From Clostridia bacterium (GTDB taxonomy: Bacteria; Bacillota; Clostridia; Oscillospirales; CAG-272): DNA of 56,717 bases. The DNA lies in contig JAGBIA010000109.1 in assembly GCA_017935225.1 (NCBI GenBank), forward strand, positions 1-56,717, given 5' to 3'. Positions 28,775 to 37,771 of this stretch are shown one piece after another (positions within the stretch are counted from its first letter, which is position 1; each line of letters opens with the position of its first letter). The notes beneath the pieces were generated by a model. It made no database searches, was not told the DNA's origin, and saw only the letters and a list, made by a program, of their open reading frames with translations. The translations under genes were made by a program, and so were the position numbers.

Positions 28775-28833
28775 CGTCAAGCGCTCGTAACCGAGCGCTT
28801 GGCGACCATAAAAAACACCTATAAGGAGTTATC

Positions 28834-29616
28834 ATGAAAAGAACAGTTACAGCTATACTCTGCCTCATCCTCACCTTAGGAGCATTCACCTCCTGCGCAG
28901 GCTGCGGCAAGCACCCCACAGATCCTGCAGCAAAGGGTCACGATTACCTTCCCCAGTGGTCCACCAATGCTTCTCACCACTGGCACGCCTGCTCCGAAAA
29001 GACCTGCACCGCGCAGATCGACAGAGCTGAGCATACCTGGGGCGAGGCTACTCTTGTAAAAGAGGCTACGATCGATAGTGACGGCGAGCTCAAGTCGGTT
29101 TGCACGGTCTGCCAGCGTTCCAAGATCGAATACGTAGAGTTCAAGAACTTTGAGTCGTCCTTCTGGGCAGATCTCGCAAAGGCATCTAACTATGAAAATT
29201 ACACCCTCGAGGAAAATACCACAGTCGGTGAGGTTTACGCTTCCGCTATCTATAGCTTCACCGCCGCAACAGTATATCTCACTAACGTTGACGTAAACAG
29301 CAGCGAAATGACCACAGAGGAGGTCGGCGAGGCTACCGCAGATCGACTTCGCAGCTACTACACAAGCCTGTTTGGCACTTTGATCGTGCTTGGCGAGAAG
29401 TGTGAGTTCTTCCCCATCTCGAGAGGCTTCACTTCTGAAGAAACATTCGACGTTACGATCGACGGAAAAGCTTGCAAGGTCTCCGAGCTTATGATCGAAC
29501 TCAACGAAGACCTTAAAGCCAGAAAGCTCGCTTTCGTCCTGACCGACGCAGAGAACAACACCACCAAGTACGAGATCAATCTTCGAAATTACGGCACGAC
29601 TGTAAAACCTGAATAA
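28834..29616 (+). CDS. Hypothetical lipoprotein
   Basis: RBS AAGGAG. Signal peptide with lipobox LGAFTS|C. H.W...C..C / HTW...C..C Cys/His pattern near the N-terminus. 260 aa. Confidence 0.75.
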   Translation: MKRTVTAILCLILTLGAFTSCAGCGKHPTDPAAKGHDYLPQWSTNASHHWHACSEKTCTAQIDRAEHTWGEATLVKEATIDSDGELKSVCTVCQRSKIEYVEFKNFESSFWADLAKASNYENYTLEENTTVGEVYASAIYSFTAATVYLTNVDVNSSEMTTEEVGEATADRLRSYYTSLFGTLIVLGEKCEFFPISRGFTSEETFDVTIDGKACKVSELMIELNEDLKARKLAFVLTDAENNTTKYEINLRNYGTTVKPE

Positions 29617-29620
29617 TTAC

Positions 29621-29660
29621 AAAAGTGGCTGTGTCACTCTGACACAGCCACTTTTTCTTG
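29621..29660. terminator. Bidirectional intrinsic terminator
   Basis: AAAAGTGGCTGTGTC / GACACAGCCACTTTT stem with a 5-nt loop. It overlaps the 3' end of the convergent pnuC ORF. Confidence 0.75.
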
Positions 29661-30335
29661 CCTTTTTTGCATTATTCTCCATCTTATGAAGCTGTAGGTG
29701 TCGTTAAAGAGGAACACAACGAAGCATATAAGGGCCGAAAGATAGGACACGTCTTTGAGTGTAGCGAGCGTCCAGAGAACCATCAGTATCACGTCGTTGC
29801 AGGCATATGCGAGCGCGAAATAGGGGCTTCTGCGGAAGGTCAGATACGCCGCAATAAAGCTCGTCGTGACCGAGAGCGTGCTCGGCAGGAGATTTGCCGT
29901 TCCAAAATGCTTGAGAATGAAATAAAAGACGACCGTGACAACGAGCGATAGAAGGAACATAAGCCCTGCCTCGATCCAGCTTATGCGATTGACCCTCACC
30001 TGCGACTTACCCTTTTCAAAGGGATTTCTCATCCAGGAGACAAGCGCGAATATCGCCATCGGCAGACTCATTCCGACGTAGGTCATCATCTCTCCGTAAT
30101 AACGAAATCCGAACGAGATAATTCCGTACAGTATACTGAAAGCTATCATCAGCGCAGGTCCTAACGGCTCACCGCGCGAGTTGTAGATCAGTGAAGTCGT
30201 GCCGATAAGAGAAGCGGCAAGCGCCATATAGTTTCCGCGGTCGAATATCAGAAAAAAAGATACTATCAGCGTCACAGAGGATATCCAGATGATAAACTCG
30301 GTGCGCGTCAGCTTTATTGCTTCGGCTATTTTCAT
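29634..30335 (-). CDS. pnuC: PnuC-family (nicotinamide riboside-type) transporter
   Basis: 233 aa with about 7 TM segments. Trp/Asn-containing helices (VSWMRNPF, LWTLATL, FLFNDTYSFIRW) resemble the PnuC family. The substrate is not determinable from sequence. Confidence 0.55.
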   Translation of the reverse strand: MKIAEAIKLTRTEFIIWISSVTLIVSFFLIFDRGNYMALAASLIGTTSLIYNSRGEPLGPALMIAFSILYGIISFGFRYYGEMMTYVGMSLPMAIFALVSWMRNPFEKGKSQVRVNRISWIEAGLMFLLSLVVTVVFYFILKHFGTANLLPSTLSVTTSFIAAYLTFRRSPYFALAYACNDVILMVLWTLATLKDVSYLSALICFVVFLFNDTYSFIRWRIMQKRQEKVAVSE

Positions 30336-30441
30336 TATTCCTCCAAAAAAATAAGCATCCGCGCGCCTCTTCTAAGACCTAACGAGACGCAAACGAATGC
30401 AAAAGCATTTCCTACCCGGTGGCAGTTTTTTACCTGTAGAC

Positions 30442-30470
30442 ATTATAACACGAAATCCCAAAAAAGTCAA
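30442..30470 (-). promoter_or_regulatory. Sigma-A promoter of pnuC
   Basis: On the minus strand: TTGACT (rc 30465-30470), 17-nt spacer, TGtTATAAT (rc 30442-30450). Confidence 0.55.
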
Positions 30471-30471
30471 T

Positions 30472-30510
30472 ACAAAACCAAAAAGATCCTGCGCGTCGCG
30501 CAGGATCTTT
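30472..30510 (-). terminator. Intrinsic terminator ending the beta-helix array
   Basis: On the minus strand: AAAGATCCTGCGC-GAC-GCGCAGGATCTTT followed by TTGGTTTTG. Confidence 0.75.
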
Positions 30511-30515
30511 CTGGT

Positions 30516-31940
30516 TTAAAGTATAGGAGTCTTACAATACTGTTCAAGCACGTATCTGTACGTGTTGGTCTTGTTCTGGTGGATAGGATACAGAACAACT
30601 CCCTGTCCTCCGTCCTCTTCGACGAGCAAATAAGCATCGGTCTGGACGTCGTGGTGCTGAGACACCTTAGTGCTGACGATAAGCGAGTTAAACTTACCGA
30701 TCGAGCGGAATCCAACGTGGTAGCCCTGATCTTTAGACCACCAATAAGAGAAACCGCCGTTGTATACCGAACGGGTATGCTCGTGCATAACAAATCCGGT
30801 AGCACCCTGGTCGTTGTAGCAGATGTCGTAGTTGTTACCGTCACTCATATCGTAAAATCCGATACTGTCGTTTCCAAGTGAGGGGGGAATGAGCGGATGG
30901 AGATTACGGAAGATATTTCTCTCGCCCGTCTCTGTTGCCTGAGTTCCGTACATAATGGATGCGATACGCATATTCGCGATGGTGTTGTAGCTTCCCTCCA
31001 CAAGAACTCCTACCGAATCCTTGGTGTCCGAGCCGGTGACGTTCACGTTATCCACGTTTGCCCAAGTTGCTCCAAGCTCGTTGGGGCCCTTCTTGATATG
31101 AATTCCTACCACTGCGGACTTGATAGATACATTGTAAATGTAGGTATCCTTGCTGCCCTCAACCGAGATACCAGAGGCGTAACCACTACCGTAGATACAG
31201 CCGCCGATGATATGAATGCTTCTGTAATTCATCATCTCGACCTCTTCCATGGTAAGAGGCTCAGCACCCTCCTCCTGCTCGGTCACACCGACGCGTATCA
31301 TTGCAAGATTGCGGTCGGGCCATTTGGGATCTGCTCTCAAAACAGCCTGATTGGCAAGTCTGAGCGAAACGCTCTTCTCAGGATCTGCGGGAATTACTAT
31401 CGGCTCGCTCAGCATATAGTTTCCGTCAGGAATATAAATGGTTCTACCGGGGTTCTCGGCGATAAATCTGTTGATGAGCTGTGAATAGGTCTCATCGGTA
31501 TCCTTACGCGCTTCGTCGCAAACCACAACGTAGCCCAGCTCCTCAAAGCTGAGTTCCTTGTCTATATCGTCCTCTTCCTCATCGACTGCATCTGCAGGTT
31601 TCTTATCAAGGACCTTTGCGGTGGTTATGTAGTCACCTACACAGATCTGAGATGCCGCGAACTTGCCGCGAAGTTCGGTTATGTCGCCTATTGATCCTTC
31701 GGGAGCTGCGTCAGCTCTTACCGTTACGGTCTCGATCTTGTCGTTAGTGAATTTTCCGCCGTACTTAATGTCGTCGACCACACGAAGCACCTGCACGTAC
31801 TCACTATTATTCTCCGCGCCGTCCTCTGCGGTGTCATCCACAGAGGTGTTGCAGGAGCTGAGCACTCCAAGTGCAAGCGTCATGCAAAGCACGAGTAATA
31901 ACACGCGCTTTGTTATTTCATTGAATTTTCTCTTGTTCAT
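30516..31940 (-). CDS. SAF-like / right-handed beta-helix (Pectate_lyase_3-like) lipoprotein, array paralog 16/16 in transcription order, subtype A
   Basis: ATG 31940 after AGAGG (the track ORF extends to 32024). Lipobox VLSS|C. SAF-like VQVLRVVDDIKYGGKF...VGDYITTAKVL. GYVVVCDE...RTIYIPDGNYMLSEPIVIP, then beta-helix coils. C-terminus CKTPIL. Confidence 0.75.
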   Translation of the reverse strand: MNKRKFNEITKRVLLLVLCMTLALGVLSSCNTSVDDTAEDGAENNSEYVQVLRVVDDIKYGGKFTNDKIETVTVRADAAPEGSIGDITELRGKFAASQICVGDYITTAKVLDKKPADAVDEEEDDIDKELSFEELGYVVVCDEARKDTDETYSQLINRFIAENPGRTIYIPDGNYMLSEPIVIPADPEKSVSLRLANQAVLRADPKWPDRNLAMIRVGVTEQEEGAEPLTMEEVEMMNYRSIHIIGGCIYGSGYASGISVEGSKDTYIYNVSIKSAVVGIHIKKGPNELGATWANVDNVNVTGSDTKDSVGVLVEGSYNTIANMRIASIMYGTQATETGERNIFRNLHPLIPPSLGNDSIGFYDMSDGNNYDICYNDQGATGFVMHEHTRSVYNGGFSYWWSKDQGYHVGFRSIGKFNSLIVSTKVSQHHDVQTDAYLLVEEDGGQGVVLYPIHQNKTNTYRYVLEQYCKTPIL

Positions 31941-31956
31941 TAGTATACCTCTTGGA

Positions 31957-33357
31957 TCAAAGGATCGGTGTGGGACAATGCTGCTCGAGCATATCTTCGT
32001 ACTTGTCGCTCTGGCTTGAATCAATGGGGTAAAGAACTATTCCCTGTCCGCCTTCCTGCTCGATGTAGAGATAAGCGTCGGTCTCGATGGTGTGTCCGTG
32101 AGATACCTTACCCGAAACGATTATCGAGTTAAATTTACCGATCGCTTTATAACCCACATGATAGTTGTTGGCATCGGAATACCAATAGCAGAAACCGCCA
32201 TTCATTACAGAGCGGGTATTTTCGTGTACAACGTATCCCGCTGCAAACTGGTCGCTGTAGCAAACATCAAAATTGTTACCGTTACTCTTATCGTAGAAGC
32301 CTACAGTTTCCTTGCTGGATGCGCTTGCAAGCGGGTGCAGGTTTCTTAAAATATTTCTCTCTCCCGTCTCAGTGCACTGGATACCGTGTCTGAAGAGATA
32401 GATACGCATATTAGAGAAGGTATTATAGGTTCCCTCAACGAGAACACCTACGGAATCTGCTTTGTCGGTACCGGTGAGATTTACGTTATCTACGTTTACC
32501 CATGTCGCTCCGAGTTCATTGTTGCCTCTGTAAACGTGGATACCGCGGCTGGCAGCCTTTATGGATACGTTATAAATATAGGTATCCTTGCCGCCCTCAA
32601 CAGAAATTCCGCTTGCTACGTTCGAGCCGTAAAGACAGCCGCCGATGATCGAGATGCTTCGATATCCCATCATGTCGATCTCATCCATCGTAAGAGGCTC
32701 ATCGGTCGGTTCCTCAACGCCAACACGAATCATAGCAACGTGGGGATCCTCCCACTTGGGATCAGCCGACAGAACTGCCTGATTTCCGAATCTGAGCGAA
32801 ACGCTCTTCGCGGGATCAGCGGGGATCACGATCGGCTCCTCGATGAAATACGAACCGTCGGGAATATAAATAGTTCTTCCGGGATTTTCCGCGATCACTC
32901 TGTTGATAAGCGCGGCATATCCCTTCTCGGATTCCTGTCTCTCGTAATCCGTGATGACAACGTAGCCGAGAGCTCTATAATCGGGCTTTTCGATCTCCTC
33001 CTCGTCCTCGTCCTCGGTTGCGTCCACAGGTTTCTTATCGAGCAACTTTGCGGGAGTAATGAAGTCTCCCACCAAGATAGCCGAAGCTGCATACTTATTG
33101 TAGAGCTCACCCGTAGTCTTGATAGCGTCAGCAGGAACTGCATCCGCCCTTACTCGAACGGTCTGGAGCTTGTCGCTTGTAAACTTGGCGCCGTATTTGA
33201 TATCATCTACGACTCTGAGGACCTCAACGTATTCGCTCTGCTCTTCTGCGGGTGCTTCTGATGCGCTCGCCATCGGAAACGCACCGAGGAGCATAAAGGC
33301 ACAAAGCAAAAACAAAAGTGCTCTCATTGTGTTTTTCTTAAAAACAAAATTCGTCAT
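31957..33357 (-). CDS. SAF-like / beta-helix secreted protein, array paralog 15/16, subtype A
   Basis: RBS AGGAGGG. SPase-I-type signal (AFPMASA|SEA). VEVLRVVDDIKYGAKF...VGDFITPAKLL. GYVVITDY...RTIYIPDGSYFIEEPIVIP. C-terminus HCPTPIL. Confidence 0.75.
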   Translation of the reverse strand: MTNFVFKKNTMRALLFLLCAFMLLGAFPMASASEAPAEEQSEYVEVLRVVDDIKYGAKFTSDKLQTVRVRADAVPADAIKTTGELYNKYAASAILVGDFITPAKLLDKKPVDATEDEDEEEIEKPDYRALGYVVITDYERQESEKGYAALINRVIAENPGRTIYIPDGSYFIEEPIVIPADPAKSVSLRFGNQAVLSADPKWEDPHVAMIRVGVEEPTDEPLTMDEIDMMGYRSISIIGGCLYGSNVASGISVEGGKDTYIYNVSIKAASRGIHVYRGNNELGATWVNVDNVNLTGTDKADSVGVLVEGTYNTFSNMRIYLFRHGIQCTETGERNILRNLHPLASASSKETVGFYDKSNGNNFDVCYSDQFAAGYVVHENTRSVMNGGFCYWYSDANNYHVGYKAIGKFNSIIVSGKVSHGHTIETDAYLYIEQEGGQGIVLYPIDSSQSDKYEDMLEQHCPTPIL

Positions 33358-33378
33358 ACGTATACCCTCCTGAATTTA

Positions 33379-34785
33379 TTAGTGGAGGATATCGGTAGAG
33401 CAGTACTTCTTGAGTGCGGTCTCGTCAGCGATACCGCTTACAGTCTGATCGATGGGGTAGTAAACAAAGCCTTCGCCGCCCTCGGTCTCAACGAGGATAT
33501 ATGCCTCAGTGGCAACGGTCTCAGTATTTGTTACCTTGCTGTAAGAAATGGTGGAATTGAGCTTACCTTCGGTGCGGAAACCTACGTGATAGTCGTTGTC
33601 AGCAGACCACCAGTTAACTACGCAAGCATTGTAGATCGAGCGAGTGCGCTCGTTAACAAGGAATCCGGTTGCGTACTGGTCGCTGTAGCAGATATCGTAC
33701 TGGTTACCGTCACTGAGATCCCAAAAGCCTGCGTTGTCCTTACCGGAAATACCCGTGCCGATAGCGTGGAGGCTGCGGAATACGTTGTTGGAACCGGTCT
33801 CGGTGCACTTGAATGCGTACTGAGCATCCGAAACTCTCATATTTGTGAGTGTGTTGAGTGCGGACTCAACGAGAACACCGATAGAGCCTTCCTCACCGTT
33901 ACCTACTACGTGTACGTTCTCGATATCAGCAGCGGTAGAGTGCGTGCTGTTCTCGGGATCGATGAGGTGGAGACCTACGTACGCGTTCTTGACGGTAAAG
34001 TTAGCAAACGTAACGTCCTCGTTACCCTCAAGTGTAACACCCGAAGCCACGCCCGATGCGTCGATAACACCGCCCATGATGTAAACGTTTCTTGCATCGT
34101 GGTCGACACCGCCAACAGTTTCCTTATCTTCGCCGTCAGCGTAAACGCCCATACGGATCATAGGCTTGGTCTTGTCGCCCCAGCTTGCTGCCGCCTTGAT
34201 GGTAGCGTAGTTGGAAAGGCGGAAGGAAACGCTCTTGGTAACGTCTGCGGGGATAACGATAGTGTCGGAAATTTCATAAGTTCCGTCGGGGAAATAGATA
34301 GTTGCGTTGGGATTCTCCTCGATCGCCTTCTTGATAGCAGCGGTGTAGTCGTTGCCACTGACGAGCGAAGCATATTCCGTAATAAGAGTATACGCGATCT
34401 CGCCATCGACCTTGTTAATAACCTCGTCCTCCTTGGGCTCCTCAACAGAGAGCTTAGCGGGGGTCACGAAGTCGCCAACGTAAAGATCAACGACTGCATA
34501 CTTGCCGGCTACGTCGGCAATAGTCTTTGCGGCATTGAAGGGCAGGTCCAAAGCTCTGAGAGTTACAAGCTCGAGTGCATCCTCGGGGATGATCTCGCCC
34601 ACCTTGACAGCCTTCTTGACTCTTACGACCTCAACGAGAGTTTCATTCTTCTGTGTTTCGTCGCTGCCTGCGGGCTCTTCTTCCTTATTACAAGCAGTCA
34701 GCGCAAAGAGCGACACTGCCATGCAAAGACAAAGAAGAACTGCGAGTACACGACCGATAATATTCTTAAAATTGTTGTTTTTCAT
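33379..34785 (-). CDS. SAF-like / beta-helix lipoprotein, array paralog 14/16, subtype A
   Basis: Lipobox ALTA|C. VEVVRVKKAVKVGEII...VGDFVTPAKL. ATIYFPDGTYEISDTIVIP. C-terminus YCSTDILH. Confidence 0.75.
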   Translation of the reverse strand: MKNNNFKNIIGRVLAVLLCLCMAVSLFALTACNKEEEPAGSDETQKNETLVEVVRVKKAVKVGEIIPEDALELVTLRALDLPFNAAKTIADVAGKYAVVDLYVGDFVTPAKLSVEEPKEDEVINKVDGEIAYTLITEYASLVSGNDYTAAIKKAIEENPNATIYFPDGTYEISDTIVIPADVTKSVSFRLSNYATIKAAASWGDKTKPMIRMGVYADGEDKETVGGVDHDARNVYIMGGVIDASGVASGVTLEGNEDVTFANFTVKNAYVGLHLIDPENSTHSTAADIENVHVVGNGEEGSIGVLVESALNTLTNMRVSDAQYAFKCTETGSNNVFRSLHAIGTGISGKDNAGFWDLSDGNQYDICYSDQYATGFLVNERTRSIYNACVVNWWSADNDYHVGFRTEGKLNSTISYSKVTNTETVATEAYILVETEGGEGFVYYPIDQTVSGIADETALKKYCSTDILH

Positions 34786-34803
34786 TTTCAGTTACCTCCG
34801 ATC

Positions 34804-36258
34804 TCAGTCTTCCTTTTTAGCAGGAATGGGGCTGAGCACGCTTGTTCCGTCCTCAACGTAAGCAGAGGTGGCATCAGAAGCATCGCAAAGTGCGGGATCG
34901 TATACAGGAGATACTACTCTTCCATTTCCGCCCGCTCCTGCTCTGAGATAGAAGTTCGGGCTCTCTCCGTCAAAGAATTCAGCCTCACAACCAACGATCG
35001 CACTGCCAAGCTTACCGCCGCCGCAGTCGAACATAATGCTGGCTCTTCCGGTGTCCTTAGTCCAGATAGCCAAGCACTGCTTATAGAAGCCGCGCTTTCC
35101 GCCTACCGAGAAAGCTACGTCACAGTTGATAGCAACACAGTTTGAGATCCAAGCCTCGCCTCCGGTATAACCTACCACGTTCTCCATATCGGTAGTATTC
35201 TCTATCGTACAGTTATTGAGGAAAACACCGCCTGTGGTCTGGATGCCCGTCTTTACGTTAGAAATTCTTGCATTGCTGATAGTGTTATCAAGACCTATCA
35301 TCGTGATACCGATAGAATTGGAAAGACCGTTACCGATAATGGTTACGTCATCGATATCAGAGTCAGAGGACTTGTTGTTGGTACCGTCCTTGATGTGAAT
35401 ACCGTAACGGGTATTAACGATAACAACATCCTTGATAAGAGTCTCACGGCCGCCGTCGATAGAGATACCGTCAGCCTTGCCGTTTCCGTCAAAGATACCG
35501 CCCATTACGTAGAAGTTACTTCCGGGAACTCTGATGTTGTTTACGGGTTTTTCCTCTACAGTTCCGAGACAAATAAGCGCTCTGAGCTGTCCATCATTCT
35601 TCCACGCATCTGCTGCCTTAAGAATAGCGCCGCTCGAGAAGTAGAAGGAGATACTGTCCTTAGGCTCGGAGCAGGTCTTAAGCGAGCGGGAGATAATATA
35701 CTCACCGTCGGGGAAGTAAAGAGTTCTTCCGGGATTCTTATTGATAAGCATCTGGAGATTGTCGTAGAGATCCTCACCGGTGTTAGGCTTAACATAGTCG
35801 GTTACGACCAAAAATTCGCTGTCAGACTTGGTGATCTCCTGCCTGATAGTATCGTCATTGATCTCAAGAGGCTTCGTGCCCGAAACTCTCTTGGATATAA
35901 CGTAGTCACCCTTGTAAAAGTCCTTGGTTGCATACTTACCTGTAACCTTGGCACTCTCGGTAACAACGTTTCTGGGAAGATTTTCGGGATCCATCTCGAT
36001 CACGTCAAGCATCTTCTTTGTGATCTTGGTGCCCTTAGGTGCATCGGTGTTGAAAACAAGCACATCGACCATGCCGTTTTCGTTAAGCACGTGAATCGTC
36101 TCGCTCTCGCTTCCCTGCTCTACCTCATCGGTAGCATCGGTATCCGTGGGTTCTTCCTTGTTGCAGGAGCTCATAAATACCGCGCCGCAGATGAGCGTCA
36201 GGCAAAGGAACGCACAAAGCAGACGAGCCATTTTGTTTTTAACGTTTGTCTGTCTCAT
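34804..36258 (-). CDS. SAF-like / beta-helix lipoprotein, array paralog 13/16, subtype B
   Basis: RBS AAGGAGA. Lipobox FMSS|C. RTLYFPDGEYIISRSL. GSNFYVMGGIFDGNGKADGISIDGGRETLIKDVVIVNTRYGIHI. Confidence 0.75.
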   Translation of the reverse strand: MRQTNVKNKMARLLCAFLCLTLICGAVFMSSCNKEEPTDTDATDEVEQGSESETIHVLNENGMVDVLVFNTDAPKGTKITKKMLDVIEMDPENLPRNVVTESAKVTGKYATKDFYKGDYVISKRVSGTKPLEINDDTIRQEITKSDSEFLVVTDYVKPNTGEDLYDNLQMLINKNPGRTLYFPDGEYIISRSLKTCSEPKDSISFYFSSGAILKAADAWKNDGQLRALICLGTVEEKPVNNIRVPGSNFYVMGGIFDGNGKADGISIDGGRETLIKDVVIVNTRYGIHIKDGTNNKSSDSDIDDVTIIGNGLSNSIGITMIGLDNTISNARISNVKTGIQTTGGVFLNNCTIENTTDMENVVGYTGGEAWISNCVAINCDVAFSVGGKRGFYKQCLAIWTKDTGRASIMFDCGGGKLGSAIVGCEAEFFDGESPNFYLRAGAGGNGRVVSPVYDPALCDASDATSAYVEDGTSVLSPIPAKKED

Positions 36259-36338
36259 AAGTTTCTCCTTGTTTTATTGGGTATAATAAAATATTTTTAC
36301 AATAATTTATTCAGAGTTTGTTGTGCCTTCTCTATTTA

Positions 36339-37751
36339 TCAATAGATAGGATCGTTGATCAGATAATCCTTGGAATCGTCATTCTCGGATACCTTGTTGG
36401 GATTGAAGTATACGGTATCGATAGTTCCCTTTCCGCCTTCCTCGCCAACAAGCAGGAAGTTGCACTCGGTTCCCTTGTCAGCGTGTCCGACGTCGGAGCT
36501 GCTGTAACGGATGATACAGTTGAACTGTCCTTCGCAAACGTAGGAGTTGTGTATTCCGTTGTTAGGGGAGTACCAAAAGTTAAAGCAGCAATCAAGCACG
36601 GAAGCGGTGTCCTTGCCGAAGTAGAAGCCGGTTGCGAACTGGTCGTTGTAGCAGTTATCGTAGAAGTTGCGCTTACCTACGTCATAGAACGCTACGCTAT
36701 CCTTGTAAGTCTCATTAGGATTGAGTCCGCCCTCGAAGATGTAAAGCGGATGGAGGTTACGAAGGAAGTTCTCCGAGCCTGTAAGCTTAATAGCGATCTG
36801 GTTACTTGCGATACGCATATTTGTAAGAGTATTGTCGTTAGTATCAAGGACGACGCCGTAGGAGTCTACAGTGCCGCAGCCTACGATATTAACCGTGTGA
36901 ACGTCAGCAGTAGGTCCGTTGCCGTTCTCGTCAGCCTTAACGTGAATACCCACAACGGTATTCTTGATAGAGCTGTATCTGATAGAAACGTTACCTGCGC
37001 CCATTACCCAGATAGCGTCTGCCTTGTCAGAACCGTCAAGGATACCGCCCTCGAGCGAGTAGTGATATGCTGCAGAAGCAAATTCCTCAGTCATATCGGT
37101 AGCGCCGAGCTTAAAGAGAGGCTCACTTCTGGTCTCCCAGGAATCCATAGCCTTAAAGTGAGCAAAGTTGCCAAGCTTGAAGGACACAGTCTTTGCGGGG
37201 TCAGCCGAGGTAGTGATCGGCTTTGCGAGCATATACACGCCGTCGGGGAAATAGAGAGTTCTGTTGGGATTCTCGTCGATAAGCTTCTGGATATCATCCG
37301 AAACGTCCTCACCCGTGTCGGGCTTGAGGTAATCGGTCACCATAACGTAGCCTGCGTCCTCGAAGTTGATGATTCCGTCGTCCTCGTCAACTATCGCATC
37401 ACCGTTTTCGTCTACGTTGGAAGGTCTCTTATCGGCAAGCTTTACGGGGAGGAAATACTCACCTGCGTACATCGCGGTGGTTGTGAACTTACCGAGAACG
37501 TCGTCTATGTTAAGTATAGTTCCTTCAGGAAGATCAGCCTTATTTACCTGAACCTCCTCAAGCTTTGCACTCGTGACCTTAGTACCGTACTTGATATTTT
37601 CCTTGAGTCTTACAACGGTTACTTTTTCTTCGTTGGAAGCACCGTTATCACCTGTGGGCTCATCGTTCTTATTGCAGGAGACGAGGAATCCGCCGCACAG
37701 CATAAGAAGACAAAGCAATATGCAAACTGTATTTCTGAATATATTCTTCAT
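36339..37751 (-). CDS. SAF-like / beta-helix lipoprotein, array paralog 12/16, subtype A'
   Basis: ATG 37751, 9 nt after AAGGAGA (the track ORF extends to 37775). Lipobox FLVS|C. RTLYFPDGVYMLAKPI. C-terminus KDYLINDPIY. Confidence 0.75.
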   Translation of the reverse strand: MKNIFRNTVCILLCLLMLCGGFLVSCNKNDEPTGDNGASNEEKVTVVRLKENIKYGTKVTSAKLEEVQVNKADLPEGTILNIDDVLGKFTTTAMYAGEYFLPVKLADKRPSNVDENGDAIVDEDDGIINFEDAGYVMVTDYLKPDTGEDVSDDIQKLIDENPNRTLYFPDGVYMLAKPITTSADPAKTVSFKLGNFAHFKAMDSWETRSEPLFKLGATDMTEEFASAAYHYSLEGGILDGSDKADAIWVMGAGNVSIRYSSIKNTVVGIHVKADENGNGPTADVHTVNIVGCGTVDSYGVVLDTNDNTLTNMRIASNQIAIKLTGSENFLRNLHPLYIFEGGLNPNETYKDSVAFYDVGKRNFYDNCYNDQFATGFYFGKDTASVLDCCFNFWYSPNNGIHNSYVCEGQFNCIIRYSSSDVGHADKGTECNFLLVGEEGGKGTIDTVYFNPNKVSENDDSKDYLINDPIY

Positions 37752-37771
37752 ATTGATCATTCTCCTTTTAA

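Noticed and set aside
33382-35145. Very long plus-strand ORFs antisense to the beta-helix array (33382-35145, 36318-37814, 42177-43409, 43534-44532, 44615-46477, 48842-50230 and others), up to 620 aa.
   Set aside because: They mirror the minus-strand genes codon for codon and lack RBSs. They translate to low-information V/D/A/R/L-rich sequence without recognisable motifs. The same phenomenon occurs opposite ordinary housekeeping genes in this window. They are shadow ORFs caused by codon bias, not overlapping genes.
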